From Candidatus Sumerlaeota bacterium (GTDB taxonomy: Bacteria > Sumerlaeota > Sumerlaeia > SLMS01 > JAHLLQ01): DNA of 64,000 nt. Shown piece by piece: positions 27,649-37,407 of the stretch (the stretch's first letter is position 1; each line of letters begins with the position of its first letter). A program made the position numbers and the translations under genes. The stretch spans positions 5,237 to 69,236 of the forward strand of contig JASGMJ010000009.1 of NCBI GenBank assembly GCA_030156535.1. Reading direction: 5' to 3'. The notes below the pieces were generated by a model. It saw nothing but the letters and a program-made list of their open reading frames with translations. It was not told the DNA's origin and searched no databases.

Positions 27649-29984
27649 GTTTCCTGCGCTCCTTTCATCTCCTGACTTACGCCACTGCACTTTGGGCCTT
27701 CCTCGCCCTCGTTTCCACCGGCCAGCTTCATCTCCCGGCCGTGGCGTTCTTTCTTCTCGCGTATATCGTGGCCATCAGCTGCCACCGCCGCGGTATTCGC
27801 TTGCCCGGACTGATGTGGACCTTCGTCTCGCTCGGGGCCTTTGCCCTCGCCTTGTACGGCTGGCAGATCGTGGGAGAACGTCTCTACTCCGTCACGTATT
27901 TCTTCCTGTACCTTGAAATCAACAAACTGTTCACGGCGGAGAAGAACCGCGACTACCTTCAGGTCTACGCGCTTACCTTCTTCCAGGTGCTCGCCGCTTC
28001 CGTCTCCACGGAATCCGTGCTCTTCGCTCCCATGCTTGCCGTCTACGTGTTCCTCGTGATCGCCTCGTTGATGACCTTCACGATCAAGCGCGATGCCGAG
28101 ATCGCGTTCGCCGCAACACGCCGGAAGGATCGCTCCACTGATCCCTCCGCCCCCCGGCCCGCCGCTGCCACGCGCGCCGTGGCCGAGCGCATCGCCGCCG
28201 CGCCCTACCTCGACAGCCGCCTCACCGCCTGGCTGAGCATTCTTACGTTTCTCGTTCTTCTCATTGGCTCTGTTGTTTTCTGGATCGTCCCACGAACTTC
28301 CAGTCCCAACTTCTTCACCGGCCTGTCGGGACGTCAGGGCAACACCGCGAAGAGCGCCTTCTCCGACAACATCGACTTCTCGGGTATGGAGCAAATCCAG
28401 AACGACCCGACCATCGTCATGCGTGCCACTCCCGAAGCAGACGACTTTCAGACCCGCCCGGAGTTCCTGCGCATTCGCGGAACCGCCTTGGATCTCTTTA
28501 CCGGGCGCGAGTGGAGCAAGTCGCCCCTCGTTGCCGGGCGCATCTCCTCCCGCCGCGAGTCATCGGTCATCCTCACCGACCAAGGGGTGCAGGGCACTCC
28601 CTTCACGGCGCGCATCACGCTCGAGCCCGAATCCTCCGGCTATTTGTTCTCCATCGATCAACCCTACAATATCGACCTCCCCGAGTTTCACCATCTCGAC
28701 ATCGACGTTGAAAGCGGCTCGGCACGTTCGCTTGTTTCGCGCTCCGCCCCCATCAGCTACACGTCCACCGGGATGCTCAGCGAAACGGCACAGAGCGCCG
28801 GATCGAATCCGCTGCGCAACAGCCTGGCAGCGCCCGGCGGTGCGCGGCGGGCTCCCGCCATCATCGAGGAGACCGGGCGCCGGCTTGCTGAAATCGCCGA
28901 ATCCATCCGCCTCATTTCCGGTCTTTCCTCCCGGGGCAAGCGTGCCATCGTCAGCGATCCGAACTACCTCCAAACACCCCGCACGGCCGACATGCGCGTC
29001 ATCACCGAGACTGCTGCCGCCTGGACGGAGGGGCTGACGGACGACAATGCCCGGGCGCACCGAATCGAAGAACGCCTCCGCACCGAGTTCGACTACTCAC
29101 TCGACATTTCTTTCAGCAACCGCGAGGACCACCTCGCCTACTTCCTCACCGAAGCACGCCGCGGGCACTGCGAGTACTTTGCCACCACCATGGCACTCAT
29201 GCTCCGCTCCCAGGGCATTCCCTCGCGCGTCGTGAACGGTTACCTCACCGATGAGTGGAGTCCTTCCAGCCGCCGCTACATCGTCCGCCAGGAACACGCA
29301 CACTCCTGGGTGGAAGCCCAGATTGACCACACTGGCCGCTGGTTCACCTTTGATCCAACGCCCGCCTCCGGCATCGGTTCCAATCGTATCTCCCACTCCT
29401 TCTATCACACCTTCAGCCAGTGGACGGACGCGTTGAAGGTGTTCTGGTATGAGAGCTACATCGACTTCAACCTTACCGACCAGCGCGAGGGAATCATCGC
29501 CTTCCTGCGCACCCTGCGAGCGGGGCGCGAGAAGGCCAGAACAGGAATGACATCGCTGGGCAGCTTGTGGACGGGCGATTCGGTTCTACCGATAAACGGA
29601 CGCCAGCTTCTCGGCGGCATGCTTCTCTTCATTGGTCTCGGGCTGGCGGCTTTCCTCAGCGTCCATGTGCGCCGGTTCCTGCCGCTCGCATCGCGTGACG
29701 GCCGCTCTCCCCGCGACGGCTATCTCACGCCTGCGCGGGTCCGCGTGTACATCGGGCTGCTGCGTCAGGCCGAACGGCTTCGTCCGCGCCCACCGTCGCA
29801 GACCCCCCTGGAGTATGCCCGCACCCTGGCTGACCAATCCGGGGAACAACTGCGGCCGTTCCACGAGCTGACCCAGGCCTACTACGCCGTGCGTTACGAT
29901 CAGGCGCCTTGGACGCCTGAACTCGACGAGCTCGCCGCCCAGGCACGCCAGCGTTTCGCTGAACTCAGCCCGGAAACGTCATGA
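27645..29984 (+). CDS. Transglutaminase-like membrane protein (DUF3488-TGase core-DUF4129 architecture)
   Basis: N-terminal multi-TM region. TGase Cys motif GHCEYFATTMALMLRSQGIPSRVVNGY plus HAW(V)E. ATGA overlap with the DUF58 gene. Confidence 0.8.
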   Translation: MSFLRSFHLLTYATALWAFLALVSTGQLHLPAVAFFLLAYIVAISCHRRGIRLPGLMWTFVSLGAFALALYGWQIVGERLYSVTYFFLYLEINKLFTAEKNRDYLQVYALTFFQVLAASVSTESVLFAPMLAVYVFLVIASLMTFTIKRDAEIAFAATRRKDRSTDPSAPRPAAATRAVAERIAAAPYLDSRLTAWLSILTFLVLLIGSVVFWIVPRTSSPNFFTGLSGRQGNTAKSAFSDNIDFSGMEQIQNDPTIVMRATPEADDFQTRPEFLRIRGTALDLFTGREWSKSPLVAGRISSRRESSVILTDQGVQGTPFTARITLEPESSGYLFSIDQPYNIDLPEFHHLDIDVESGSARSLVSRSAPISYTSTGMLSETAQSAGSNPLRNSLAAPGGARRAPAIIEETGRRLAEIAESIRLISGLSSRGKRAIVSDPNYLQTPRTADMRVITETAAAWTEGLTDDNARAHRIEERLRTEFDYSLDISFSNREDHLAYFLTEARRGHCEYFATTMALMLRSQGIPSRVVNGYLTDEWSPSSRRYIVRQEHAHSWVEAQIDHTGRWFTFDPTPASGIGSNRISHSFYHTFSQWTDALKVFWYESYIDFNLTDQREGIIAFLRTLRAGREKARTGMTSLGSLWTGDSVLPINGRQLLGGMLLFIGLGLAAFLSVHVRRFLPLASRDGRSPRDGYLTPARVRVYIGLLRQAERLRPRPPSQTPLEYARTLADQSGEQLRPFHELTQAYYAVRYDQAPWTPELDELAAQARQRFAELSPETS

Positions 29985-30070
29985 CCACTCTTTCCGCCAT
30001 TGCCACCACTCGTCCCGGTGCTTAGCACGGGGCGACGCAACCCCGCACTCCATCGCGCAGGCAGCTTCCC

Positions 30071-30949
30071 GTGACTACCGCTTCTCTTCCGCAAGATCTC
30101 CTGAAGTGCCACTCCTTCTCCATCGGCTCCGTCCCCGTGGGAGGGGCCAATCCCCTCGTCCTGATCGCCGGACCGTGTGTGATCGAGAGCCGCGAGCACG
30201 CCCTCGAAATGGCCGAGCGCATCGCCCGCATCGCCCAGCGCCTTTCGATTCCGCTCATCTTCAAGGCTTCCTACGACAAGGCGAACCGCAGTTCCTCGCA
30301 ATCCTACCGGGGGCCGGGTCTCGAACGCGGGCTGGCGATTCTCGGGGAAGTCCGCTCTTCCGTCGGGTGTCCCGTTCTCACGGATGTTCACACCGAAGAG
30401 CAGGCTGCCGTTGCCGCCAGCGTGGTCGATGTCCTGCAACTCCCCGCTTTTCTCTGCCGCCAGACGGATTTCGTTCAGGCATGCGGACGCACGGGCAAGC
30501 CAGTTGCCGTGAAAAAGGGGCAGTTCCTTGCTCCCGAGGACATGACCAACGTTGTCGAGAAGCTGCGCGAAGTTGGGTGCAACGACATCCTGCTCACCGA
30601 ACGCGGCGCTTCGTTCGGCTACCGCAATCTTGTCTCCGACTTCCGTTCACTTGCCATCATGCAGGCGCTGACCGGTCTTCCCGTTTGCTTCGACGCAACG
30701 CATAGCGTTCAGCAACCCGGTGGCCTCGGAACGGCTTCTGGTGGCAAGCGCGAGTTCGTTCCGCTCTTGGCGCGGGCGGCCTGTGCCGTTGGCATCAACG
30801 TCTTGTTTCTCGAAGTACACGACCGGCCCGAGCAGGCGCTGAGCGACGGCCCCAACATGGTGCCTCTCACTGATCTCGAAGCCCTGCTCAAGGTCTGCCT
30901 GGCACTTGATGCCGCTGTTCGCTCGGCTCTGCAGGACGGTGCGCAGTGA
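30071..30949 (+). CDS. kdsA: 3-deoxy-8-phosphooctulonate synthase (KDO8P synthase), GTG start
   Basis: [23 protein letters not shown] and ATHSVQ motifs are characteristic of KdsA. Confidence 0.9.
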   Translation: MTTASLPQDLLKCHSFSIGSVPVGGANPLVLIAGPCVIESREHALEMAERIARIAQRLSIPLIFKASYDKANRSSSQSYRGPGLERGLAILGEVRSSVGCPVLTDVHTEEQAAVAASVVDVLQLPAFLCRQTDFVQACGRTGKPVAVKKGQFLAPEDMTNVVEKLREVGCNDILLTERGASFGYRNLVSDFRSLAIMQALTGLPVCFDATHSVQQPGGLGTASGGKREFVPLLARAACAVGINVLFLEVHDRPEQALSDGPNMVPLTDLEALLKVCLALDAAVRSALQDGAQ

Positions 30950-31806
30950 CTTCGGATTCTCCCACCGGCACCGCGAAGGTTGTTGTCCTGCCGCGCCAAC
31001 CGCTGATGCGGGTGGCCGCCATTGTGGAGTACGACGGCACGGGCTTCGCCGGCCTCCAGCGCCAGGTCGGTCAGCCCTCCATCCAAGCCTGCTTCGAGAA
31101 AATGGCGGCGGCCTTTGGGGTGCGCGATGCCGGATTCAGGGCTGCCGGACGCACCGATGCGGGCGTCAACGCACGGGGACAGGTCATCGCCATCCATATC
31201 CCCGAAACGATTCGTGGCAAGAACCTCATCAGCGCCATGAACTGGCACCTTCCCGAATCCATTCGCGTGCGCCGCGCCGAAATTGTCGGCCCGGACTTTG
31301 ATCCCCGGATCGATGCCCGCCTGCGCACCTACCGCTATCATCTTTGTGGTGGGCAGGCGTTTCCGCCCCTGATGCGTGGACGCATGGGACGCGTGCGTGC
31401 CCATCTCGACCTTGATCTCATGCGCGAAGCCGCCCAGGTTCTTCAGGGTCAGCATGACTTCAAGGCATGGCGGTCCACGATGTGCCAGGCCAAGCGCACG
31501 CTGCTGGACCTCGTGCACGTGTCCGTCGAGCCCTGGCGCGACGCCGGTCCCCACGGCATGGACACCCAGTGCTTCCAACTCGAATTCTCGTGCCGTTCCT
31601 TCCTCCACCGCATGGTTCGCTATCTCGTCGGCGGCATTGCCCGCGCAGGGGCAGGTGATCTCACGCCAGACGATCTGCGCGCTCATTTGAAGGCTGGCAC
31701 GTTGCCTCCGCGCGTCGCACCCGCCGACGCCAATGGGCTTTCACTGGAGCGCGTTGAGTACCTGCCGGAGAAAGACCCTTTTCGTGGGCCGCCATCCTGC
31801 GTCTGA
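30946..31806 (+). CDS. truA: tRNA pseudouridine(38-40) synthase
   Basis: GRTDAGVNA catalytic-Asp motif. ~270 aa. ATGA overlap with kdsA. Confidence 0.9.
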   Translation: MTSDSPTGTAKVVVLPRQPLMRVAAIVEYDGTGFAGLQRQVGQPSIQACFEKMAAAFGVRDAGFRAAGRTDAGVNARGQVIAIHIPETIRGKNLISAMNWHLPESIRVRRAEIVGPDFDPRIDARLRTYRYHLCGGQAFPPLMRGRMGRVRAHLDLDLMREAAQVLQGQHDFKAWRSTMCQAKRTLLDLVHVSVEPWRDAGPHGMDTQCFQLEFSCRSFLHRMVRYLVGGIARAGAGDLTPDDLRAHLKAGTLPPRVAPADANGLSLERVEYLPEKDPFRGPPSCV

Positions 31807-31824
31807 ACGTCGTCGCGAAGGAAC

Positions 31825-31847
31825 AAAAAAAGCGCGCCGCAGCGCGC
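31825..31847. terminator. Bidirectional rho-independent terminator (A7-GCGCGC-cgca-GCGCGC) between convergent truA and the NusG-paralog gene
   Basis: A perfect 6-bp GC stem with a 4-nt loop. An A-tract lies on the plus strand (T-tract for the minus-strand transcript) and a T-rich run follows on the plus strand. Confidence 0.5.
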
Positions 31848-31881
31848 CAGTCCTTCGTCTTCACGTCCTTTGCGACCGTCT

Positions 31882-32547
31882 CTAGGCAACCACGTCCTCG
31901 ACGTTCGCCACGACGTTCGCCAGGTTGGCGTCTGGCATTTCGCGAATCGTGGACTTCCGCCCGCGGCGGCCTGCGCGATGAGTCTTCTTGTAGGGAACAC
32001 CGCCGGTCTCGTAATCCGCCAGCACCACCCAGTCGAGCGGCACGACAATCTCCACTGCCTGGCCCACCACGGAAATCGCGGAAGCCACGCGTGCTTCGCG
32101 CTTGTTGCGCCAGACAACGATCCCCTCCACGCCTTCCAGCGGCCCCGTCACAACGCGTGCTCGTCGTCCGCGCTCGGGGATGGGGCCCAGCCGGACATCG
32201 CGCTCAAGCCCGGCAACGTAGCGCACGACGCGCATCTCCTGCTCGGGAATCGCCGAGGGCGTACCCGGACGCATTCCCACCAGATAGCGAGCCTCCGGGA
32301 TTCGGGCAGTGGATGCCGAGAGTCCCTGGCTCATCCGTGCGAGAAAGAAAACATACGAGGGAAACAGTGGCTCGGCTGCGGCACCAGCGGCACCGCCTTT
32401 CACCGTTGGCACCAGAACTTCCTCCACGGCCGGAAGGTCTTGCAGGGCATCCGCAACCCGGCACTCGGCGCCCGTGCGCGTATGCACGGCATACCAACAC
32501 GGTGCGCCACCGGATTCACGTGCTGTACTGGAAGAGGCTACTGCCAT
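31882..32547 (-). CDS. NusG-paralog transcription antiterminator (UpxY/LoaP/RfaH-like specialised NusG)
   Basis: NGN domain WYAVHTRTGAEC and KOW motif VVTGPLEGVEGIVV. It lies at the distal end of the polysaccharide export operon. Confidence 0.65.
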   Translation of the reverse strand: MAVASSSTARESGGAPCWYAVHTRTGAECRVADALQDLPAVEEVLVPTVKGGAAGAAAEPLFPSYVFFLARMSQGLSASTARIPEARYLVGMRPGTPSAIPEQEMRVVRYVAGLERDVRLGPIPERGRRARVVTGPLEGVEGIVVWRNKREARVASAISVVGQAVEIVVPLDWVVLADYETGGVPYKKTHRAGRRGRKSTIREMPDANLANVVANVEDVVA

Positions 32548-32582
32548 ACTTCGATTGCCGATTCTGCCTGAGAGTCCCGCGA

Positions 32583-33710
32583 CTACAACGGGTTGTAGGT
32601 GGCGTTCACGCCGGCCCTTGTGCCGCTGGCAAACACGTCGCCCAGGATTGCCGCGAAGGTTCTCCAGTTCGACTTGTAGATGAAGATCTGGTCATTGTCT
32701 TCGAGCACCAGGTCGGGCTGCTTGCGGCGCATCATCTCGCGGACATTCACGAAGTAGGACTCCGTCGAGCCGTTGGGATGCGTGCGCACGACTTCGGCAA
32801 TCGACTTCGCCTTGAAGTCGAGCCCGCCCGTCTCGGTGATGACCTGCACCAAAGTGCGGAGACTGGGGCCCAGGAAGACGACGCGCGGATTGCGCACGTT
32901 GCCGTTGATCGAAATCGTTCCAGCGGGCGGCACGTAGATCACGTCGTAGGGACGCAGCGGGATGTTATAGCGCAGGTCGCCGCCAAGGATGAACTCGTCA
33001 AGAGGCAGGACGATCTCCTCGCGCGGGACGATGCGTCCGTCGTCCTGGAGAAGGCGCAGCAACGCTTCCGGTTCCATTTCGACGCGCTGCTTCTGCGTCA
33101 CCTTCTCGCGGTAGATCTTCAAGATGCGCGCCGGAGGCAATCCGCCCGTGCGGCCGCCGAAGGTAAGCCCGCCCGCCTTGAAGATGGCGTCGAGCACCGT
33201 ATCGCCCACGGCCAGCTCGTAACGACCGGGTTCGCGAATGCTGCCGAGTACCGTGACCTGATTGGCGTAGTACTTCTTGATGCGAACGACGGGCACCGGG
33301 TCCTTGATGAACGGCGAATAGGCGACCTTGATTTCCTGCTGCAATTGTTCCGTCGTCTTGCCGTGCACCGTAATGGCGCCGATGTAGGGGAGCGTGATCG
33401 TCGGGCTGTCCGAGACAGTGATCTCATAGCCTTCCTGATCGCTGCCCGTCGGGCCCAGAAGGTCGGGGCGTCCGACGAACGTCAGCGACATCACGTCGCC
33501 CGGCCCGATGGCATACTCGCGCCGCGACGGCAACTGCATGTCCATGTCGGCCAGACGTTCAACTGATGTCTCCCAGTCCCGGCGCGCGGGATCGAAGGCC
33601 GGAGGAAGCCCGGCGTCGAAGGGACTGCGGGAAGGCGAGTAGCAAGCTCCCAGAAATACTGTCAGTGCCAGAAGGAACAACTGGCCCGCACTTGCGAACG
33701 CTTTTTTCAT
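32583..33710 (-). CDS. Polysaccharide export outer-membrane lipoprotein (Wza/GumB-like, SLBB domains). The start is the internal Met of the listed ORF.
   Basis: Lipoprotein signal MKKAFASAGQLFLLALTVFLGAC. Poly_export-like PGDVMSLTF motif and SLBB-like repeats. Confidence 0.8.
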   Translation of the reverse strand: MKKAFASAGQLFLLALTVFLGACYSPSRSPFDAGLPPAFDPARRDWETSVERLADMDMQLPSRREYAIGPGDVMSLTFVGRPDLLGPTGSDQEGYEITVSDSPTITLPYIGAITVHGKTTEQLQQEIKVAYSPFIKDPVPVVRIKKYYANQVTVLGSIREPGRYELAVGDTVLDAIFKAGGLTFGGRTGGLPPARILKIYREKVTQKQRVEMEPEALLRLLQDDGRIVPREEIVLPLDEFILGGDLRYNIPLRPYDVIYVPPAGTISINGNVRNPRVVFLGPSLRTLVQVITETGGLDFKAKSIAEVVRTHPNGSTESYFVNVREMMRRKQPDLVLEDNDQIFIYKSNWRTFAAILGDVFASGTRAGVNATYNPL

Positions 33711-33741
33711 CGGATCAAACCTCACACTTTCGTCAGTCGGT

Positions 33742-34923
33742 TCATGTGCCGCGTGTCGGCGCCAGCACTTGCTGGGCCGCGGTGGTGTCCTCCGAGGCAG
33801 ACGATTCGCGTGCTGCCTGGATTTCCTTCTGCTCTTCTTCCCTGCGGTGGGCGAGAAAGGAAACATTCTCGATCATGATGATGAATCCCGCGAACAGAAA
33901 AGCGGCGTTCGCCAGAATCAGCGCCGGCGATCCCGCCTTCTCGAGCGTGAACGCTGTCAGGCCAAGGTAGGCCGTCAGGAACCACAGGATCCAGACGACG
34001 CGCTTCTGTGACAAGCCCAGCCCCAGCAGGCGGTGGTGAAGGTGCTCCTTGTCGGCACTGAAGGGATGACGTCCTTGTCGTGTTCGCCGCACAATCGCCA
34101 GTGCCGTGTCCATCACGGGCACCGCAATGCACAGCAACGGAATCACCAGTGTCAGGATCGCCGTGCTCTTCGTCCCGGTTGTCAGCGTTGTGCACGCCAG
34201 CATGTAACCCAGGAAAAGACTTCCCGTGTCGCCGAGAAAAATCTTCGCGGGATGGTAATTATGAAAAAGAAAGCCGACGCACAAACCGGCCGTGAGCGCC
34301 GGCATAATCGCGTAGAACGACGTGTCGAACTGGGCGATGATCGCGGCCAGCACCAGACTCGAAATGCCACTGATGCCCGCGCACAACCCGTCCAGACCGT
34401 CGATGATGTTCAGTGCGTTCATCAGTCCGGCAAACCACAGGATCGTGATCGGCAGGCCCCAGTATCCCAGCGCAATGCGCCCCGATTCCACAAACGGCCA
34501 CGTGAGCGATTCCAGGCGCAGGCCGCCCGCGAAGACGATAACGGCCACCACGATCTGAGCTCCGAGCTTGTACAACGGGCGCATTCCCCGTGAATCATCC
34601 CAGATCCCCACAACGACGATGATCGTGGCTCCCAGAATGATCGCCAGAAACTCGCGCCCCGCTCCGGCGAACAGGGCGGGAGCCAGAAAATAGAGAGCAA
34701 GTGTCACGAGGGCGAAGCTGGTGAACAGCGCGAGCCCGCCCAGTCGAGGTGTCGGCTTCGTGTGAACCCGGCGGGCATCAACCTGATCGATCGCTCCGAT
34801 CACGTAAGCGATCCGCCCCGCCACGGGTGTCAGCAACCACGTCAGCACCGCTCCCGCAGCGCACGCAAGTGCCAGCAGAACCCAAAGTGGAACTTCGCCT
34901 CCCAGTGTCGGGATCACTGTCAT
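33742..34923 (-). CDS. Undecaprenyl-phosphate sugar-1-phosphate transferase (GT4 MraY/WecA family; initiating GlcNAc-1-P transferase-like)
   Basis: DD motif (IWDDSRG), NALNIIDGLDGL and HLHHRL motifs, and ~10 TM segments. Confidence 0.85.
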   Translation of the reverse strand: MTVIPTLGGEVPLWVLLALACAAGAVLTWLLTPVAGRIAYVIGAIDQVDARRVHTKPTPRLGGLALFTSFALVTLALYFLAPALFAGAGREFLAIILGATIIVVVGIWDDSRGMRPLYKLGAQIVVAVIVFAGGLRLESLTWPFVESGRIALGYWGLPITILWFAGLMNALNIIDGLDGLCAGISGISSLVLAAIIAQFDTSFYAIMPALTAGLCVGFLFHNYHPAKIFLGDTGSLFLGYMLACTTLTTGTKSTAILTLVIPLLCIAVPVMDTALAIVRRTRQGRHPFSADKEHLHHRLLGLGLSQKRVVWILWFLTAYLGLTAFTLEKAGSPALILANAAFLFAGFIIMIENVSFLAHRREEEQKEIQAARESSASEDTTAAQQVLAPTRGT

Positions 34924-37259
34924 TTATCTCTGCCCGTCGAGCCAGCCAATGCCGGCTTTGTGATTTCCCCAGACTCGTCCTTCGACGCGTCCTTCCCGTA
35001 ACTGTATCCGTATCCGTAGCCGTATCCATAGCCGTAGTCGTTGCCGCTGTTGCTTCGCTTCATCGTGTTGTAGACCACGCCCAGAATCTTCGCTTCCATC
35101 GAGCGCAGCTTCTTCGTTGTGTGAACGAGAGCTTCCATCTGGGTCTTGCCAGGCCGCACGACGAGGATGACGCCGTCGGCCTTCTGGGAGAGCACCAGAG
35201 CATCGGCCATCCCATGCGCCGGGCACGTATCGAGCAGGATCGTCGAATAGCGTCCGCGAAGCTGGGTGATCAAATCCGTCATTGCCTTGCTGTCGAGCAG
35301 CGACACCGACGACGGTGTTGCACGTCCTGCCGGGAGCACGTCCAGATTATCGCGCACGGAGGAGACGATGGCCTCGTCGATGGTGGTCTGCCCCGTCAGC
35401 ACGTCGCTCAATCCGGGCACCTTGGCCAACTGGAACTCGCGATGCACCACCGGTCGCTTGAGGTCTGCGTCGATAAGCAACGTCCGCTCGGAACGTTCGC
35501 CAAAGAACGACGCCAGATTCGAGGAGACCGTGGACTTCCCTTCCTGGGGAAAGCAGCTTGTGATGACGATCACCTGCGGCGAGCGTCCTGCACTGGAATA
35601 TTGAATCGATGTGCGGACATAGCGCACGGCTTCGGCAGCTGGCGTCTTGGAATTCTGAGCCAGCGGTGCATGTACCCGCTTGCCCCGTCCGCGGATAAGA
35701 CCTTTCTCGCCGGCATGCAGGTAGGGGAGGACTCCGAGGAAGGGGAGGCTCAGGCTGTTCTCCACGGCTCTGGGGTCTCTCACCGAGCGGTCGAGAATGC
35801 TGATCGAAAGAACCAGGCCCGCGCCGAACAGCAGACCGAGGATCCCCGCGATGACAAGGATGCGCGAGACGTTGGGTGAAATGGGCTTGGTTGGAATGCT
35901 TGCCGGCCCCAGCACCGAAACGTTCGACTTCCGTGCATCATCCGTCACTTCGATCTTCTTGTACTGATCAAGCAACGAGTTGAGCACCTGGCGCGTGGCT
36001 TCGATCTCCCTCTGGGGGATTCTCAGGGAAATCAACTGCTTCTCCAGCGCATCGACGCGTTCGCGCTGAGCTTCCAGACGGTTTTCAAGTGCGGCGAGTT
36101 TCAGCCGGGCGACTTCCAGCTTGTCCTCGTTCAGTTCCTGATAGTCCGCCGTTGCCTTTCGGATTTGTTCCTCAATGCCATCGAGTTCCTTCTTCAAGCG
36201 AACGAGTGGCAGGAAGGTGTCATCGTTTTCCGCTGAGAGCTTCGCGTATTCCGCCAGCAACTCGGACTTGCGCTCCAGCAATCCCTGGATCAGCCGGTTG
36301 TCCATGTCGAGCATCATGCGGCTGTCCGGCGAGCGGTAGGCCGCCGCCTCCGCCTCCAGCAGGTCCACCTCATAACGCTGCGTCTCGACCTGCTTGGTCA
36401 GCGTCGTCAACGTTTCGATCGCGATCTGGCGTTCAGCGTCCGTGACGCTGAGGTCCGCCTTTCCGCTCACCTGATACAGTTCTTTCTCGGCCTTGGCGAG
36501 TTCGCTCTTGGTCTTGTCGATCTGGTCCTTCACATAGCCACGGGCGTAAGTCGACGATTGCCGCTGTCCCCGTTCCATGTAAGCGATGAATTCGTTCGCG
36601 TAGGCATTGGCGATTTGTGCCGCCCGTTCCTTGTTGCTGCTTCGCACCTTCACTTCGATGATGCGTGTTTCGGGGCGAAGGCGCACGTCAATGCTGTTGA
36701 TCAGCGAATTGATGCGTCGTTGTTGCCGGACGACTTCGCCGTCCACACTCTTCTGCTCCGATACGAGCACATTGTTGACCTTCTCTGACACAAAACTCAC
36801 GAACTCGCGAATGCGTGCCAGAGGTGATTCGTCCTTCACCTGTTCCGTTGTCTTCATTGGGCCCAGCACGCGCAACACTTCCGTTGCGATTGCCGGGCTC
36901 TTCAACATTTCGACAGCCGTATTGATCTCATCGCGGGGAAACATCATTGACTGGCTTTCGCCGAAATCCACCACGGCCGACTTGGGGTCGTACTTGATTT
37001 GCACGACGGATTCGTACACCAGGGCCGAACGCTTGATCTGGAAGGCGCCCAGCATCAGGAACAGCACGACGAAAAACAGTACGAACCACCGGCGATGCCA
37101 GAGAAGTTCGATGTAACGGCGCACTTCCGCGAAGTCGTCTCCCGACTCCGCTTCCCGAGGCACTGCCTCCAGCAAAATCGGCTGCATTGCTGCCGTGGGA
37201 ACCATTTGGGAGTTCGCCGCCGGGGCACTCCCTTGCTCACGATTCGATGAGTTGCTCAA
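34920..37259 (-). CDS. Polysaccharide co-polymerase + BY-kinase (Wzc/GumC-like) with a C-terminal tyrosine cluster
   Basis: Wzz-like N-terminus with a TM helix and a long coiled-coil periplasmic region. Walker A GKSTVSSNLA, DxD. C-terminal YGYGYGYGYSYG tail. Confidence 0.85.
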   Translation of the reverse strand: MSNSSNREQGSAPAANSQMVPTAAMQPILLEAVPREAESGDDFAEVRRYIELLWHRRWFVLFFVVLFLMLGAFQIKRSALVYESVVQIKYDPKSAVVDFGESQSMMFPRDEINTAVEMLKSPAIATEVLRVLGPMKTTEQVKDESPLARIREFVSFVSEKVNNVLVSEQKSVDGEVVRQQRRINSLINSIDVRLRPETRIIEVKVRSSNKERAAQIANAYANEFIAYMERGQRQSSTYARGYVKDQIDKTKSELAKAEKELYQVSGKADLSVTDAERQIAIETLTTLTKQVETQRYEVDLLEAEAAAYRSPDSRMMLDMDNRLIQGLLERKSELLAEYAKLSAENDDTFLPLVRLKKELDGIEEQIRKATADYQELNEDKLEVARLKLAALENRLEAQRERVDALEKQLISLRIPQREIEATRQVLNSLLDQYKKIEVTDDARKSNVSVLGPASIPTKPISPNVSRILVIAGILGLLFGAGLVLSISILDRSVRDPRAVENSLSLPFLGVLPYLHAGEKGLIRGRGKRVHAPLAQNSKTPAAEAVRYVRTSIQYSSAGRSPQVIVITSCFPQEGKSTVSSNLASFFGERSERTLLIDADLKRPVVHREFQLAKVPGLSDVLTGQTTIDEAIVSSVRDNLDVLPAGRATPSSVSLLDSKAMTDLITQLRGRYSTILLDTCPAHGMADALVLSQKADGVILVVRPGKTQMEALVHTTKKLRSMEAKILGVVYNTMKRSNSGNDYGYGYGYGYGYSYGKDASKDESGEITKPALAGSTGRDK

Positions 37260-37407
37260 CGATCCACACCTGTCTGGGCCACCCGCGGTATCTGCAAGGG
37301 AAGGCCTTCTTTTTTTGGAATTAAGAATAACGCCGGATTGGGAATGCTGACAATTCGGAAGATAAATGGTTCAATTGTAGTCTTCGGCAGAAGCCGATCT
37401 ATATTAC

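Noticed and set aside
26296-27690. 464-aa minus-strand ORF
   Set aside because: It is antisense to the DUF58 gene.
30020-30043. Reading TAGCACG-N-GCAA as a sigma-54 -24/-12 promoter
   Set aside because: The GG/GC dinucleotide spacing does not fit the TGGCACG-N4-TTGCW consensus (the -24 element is TAGCAC, not TGGCAC, and there is no TTGC at +10).
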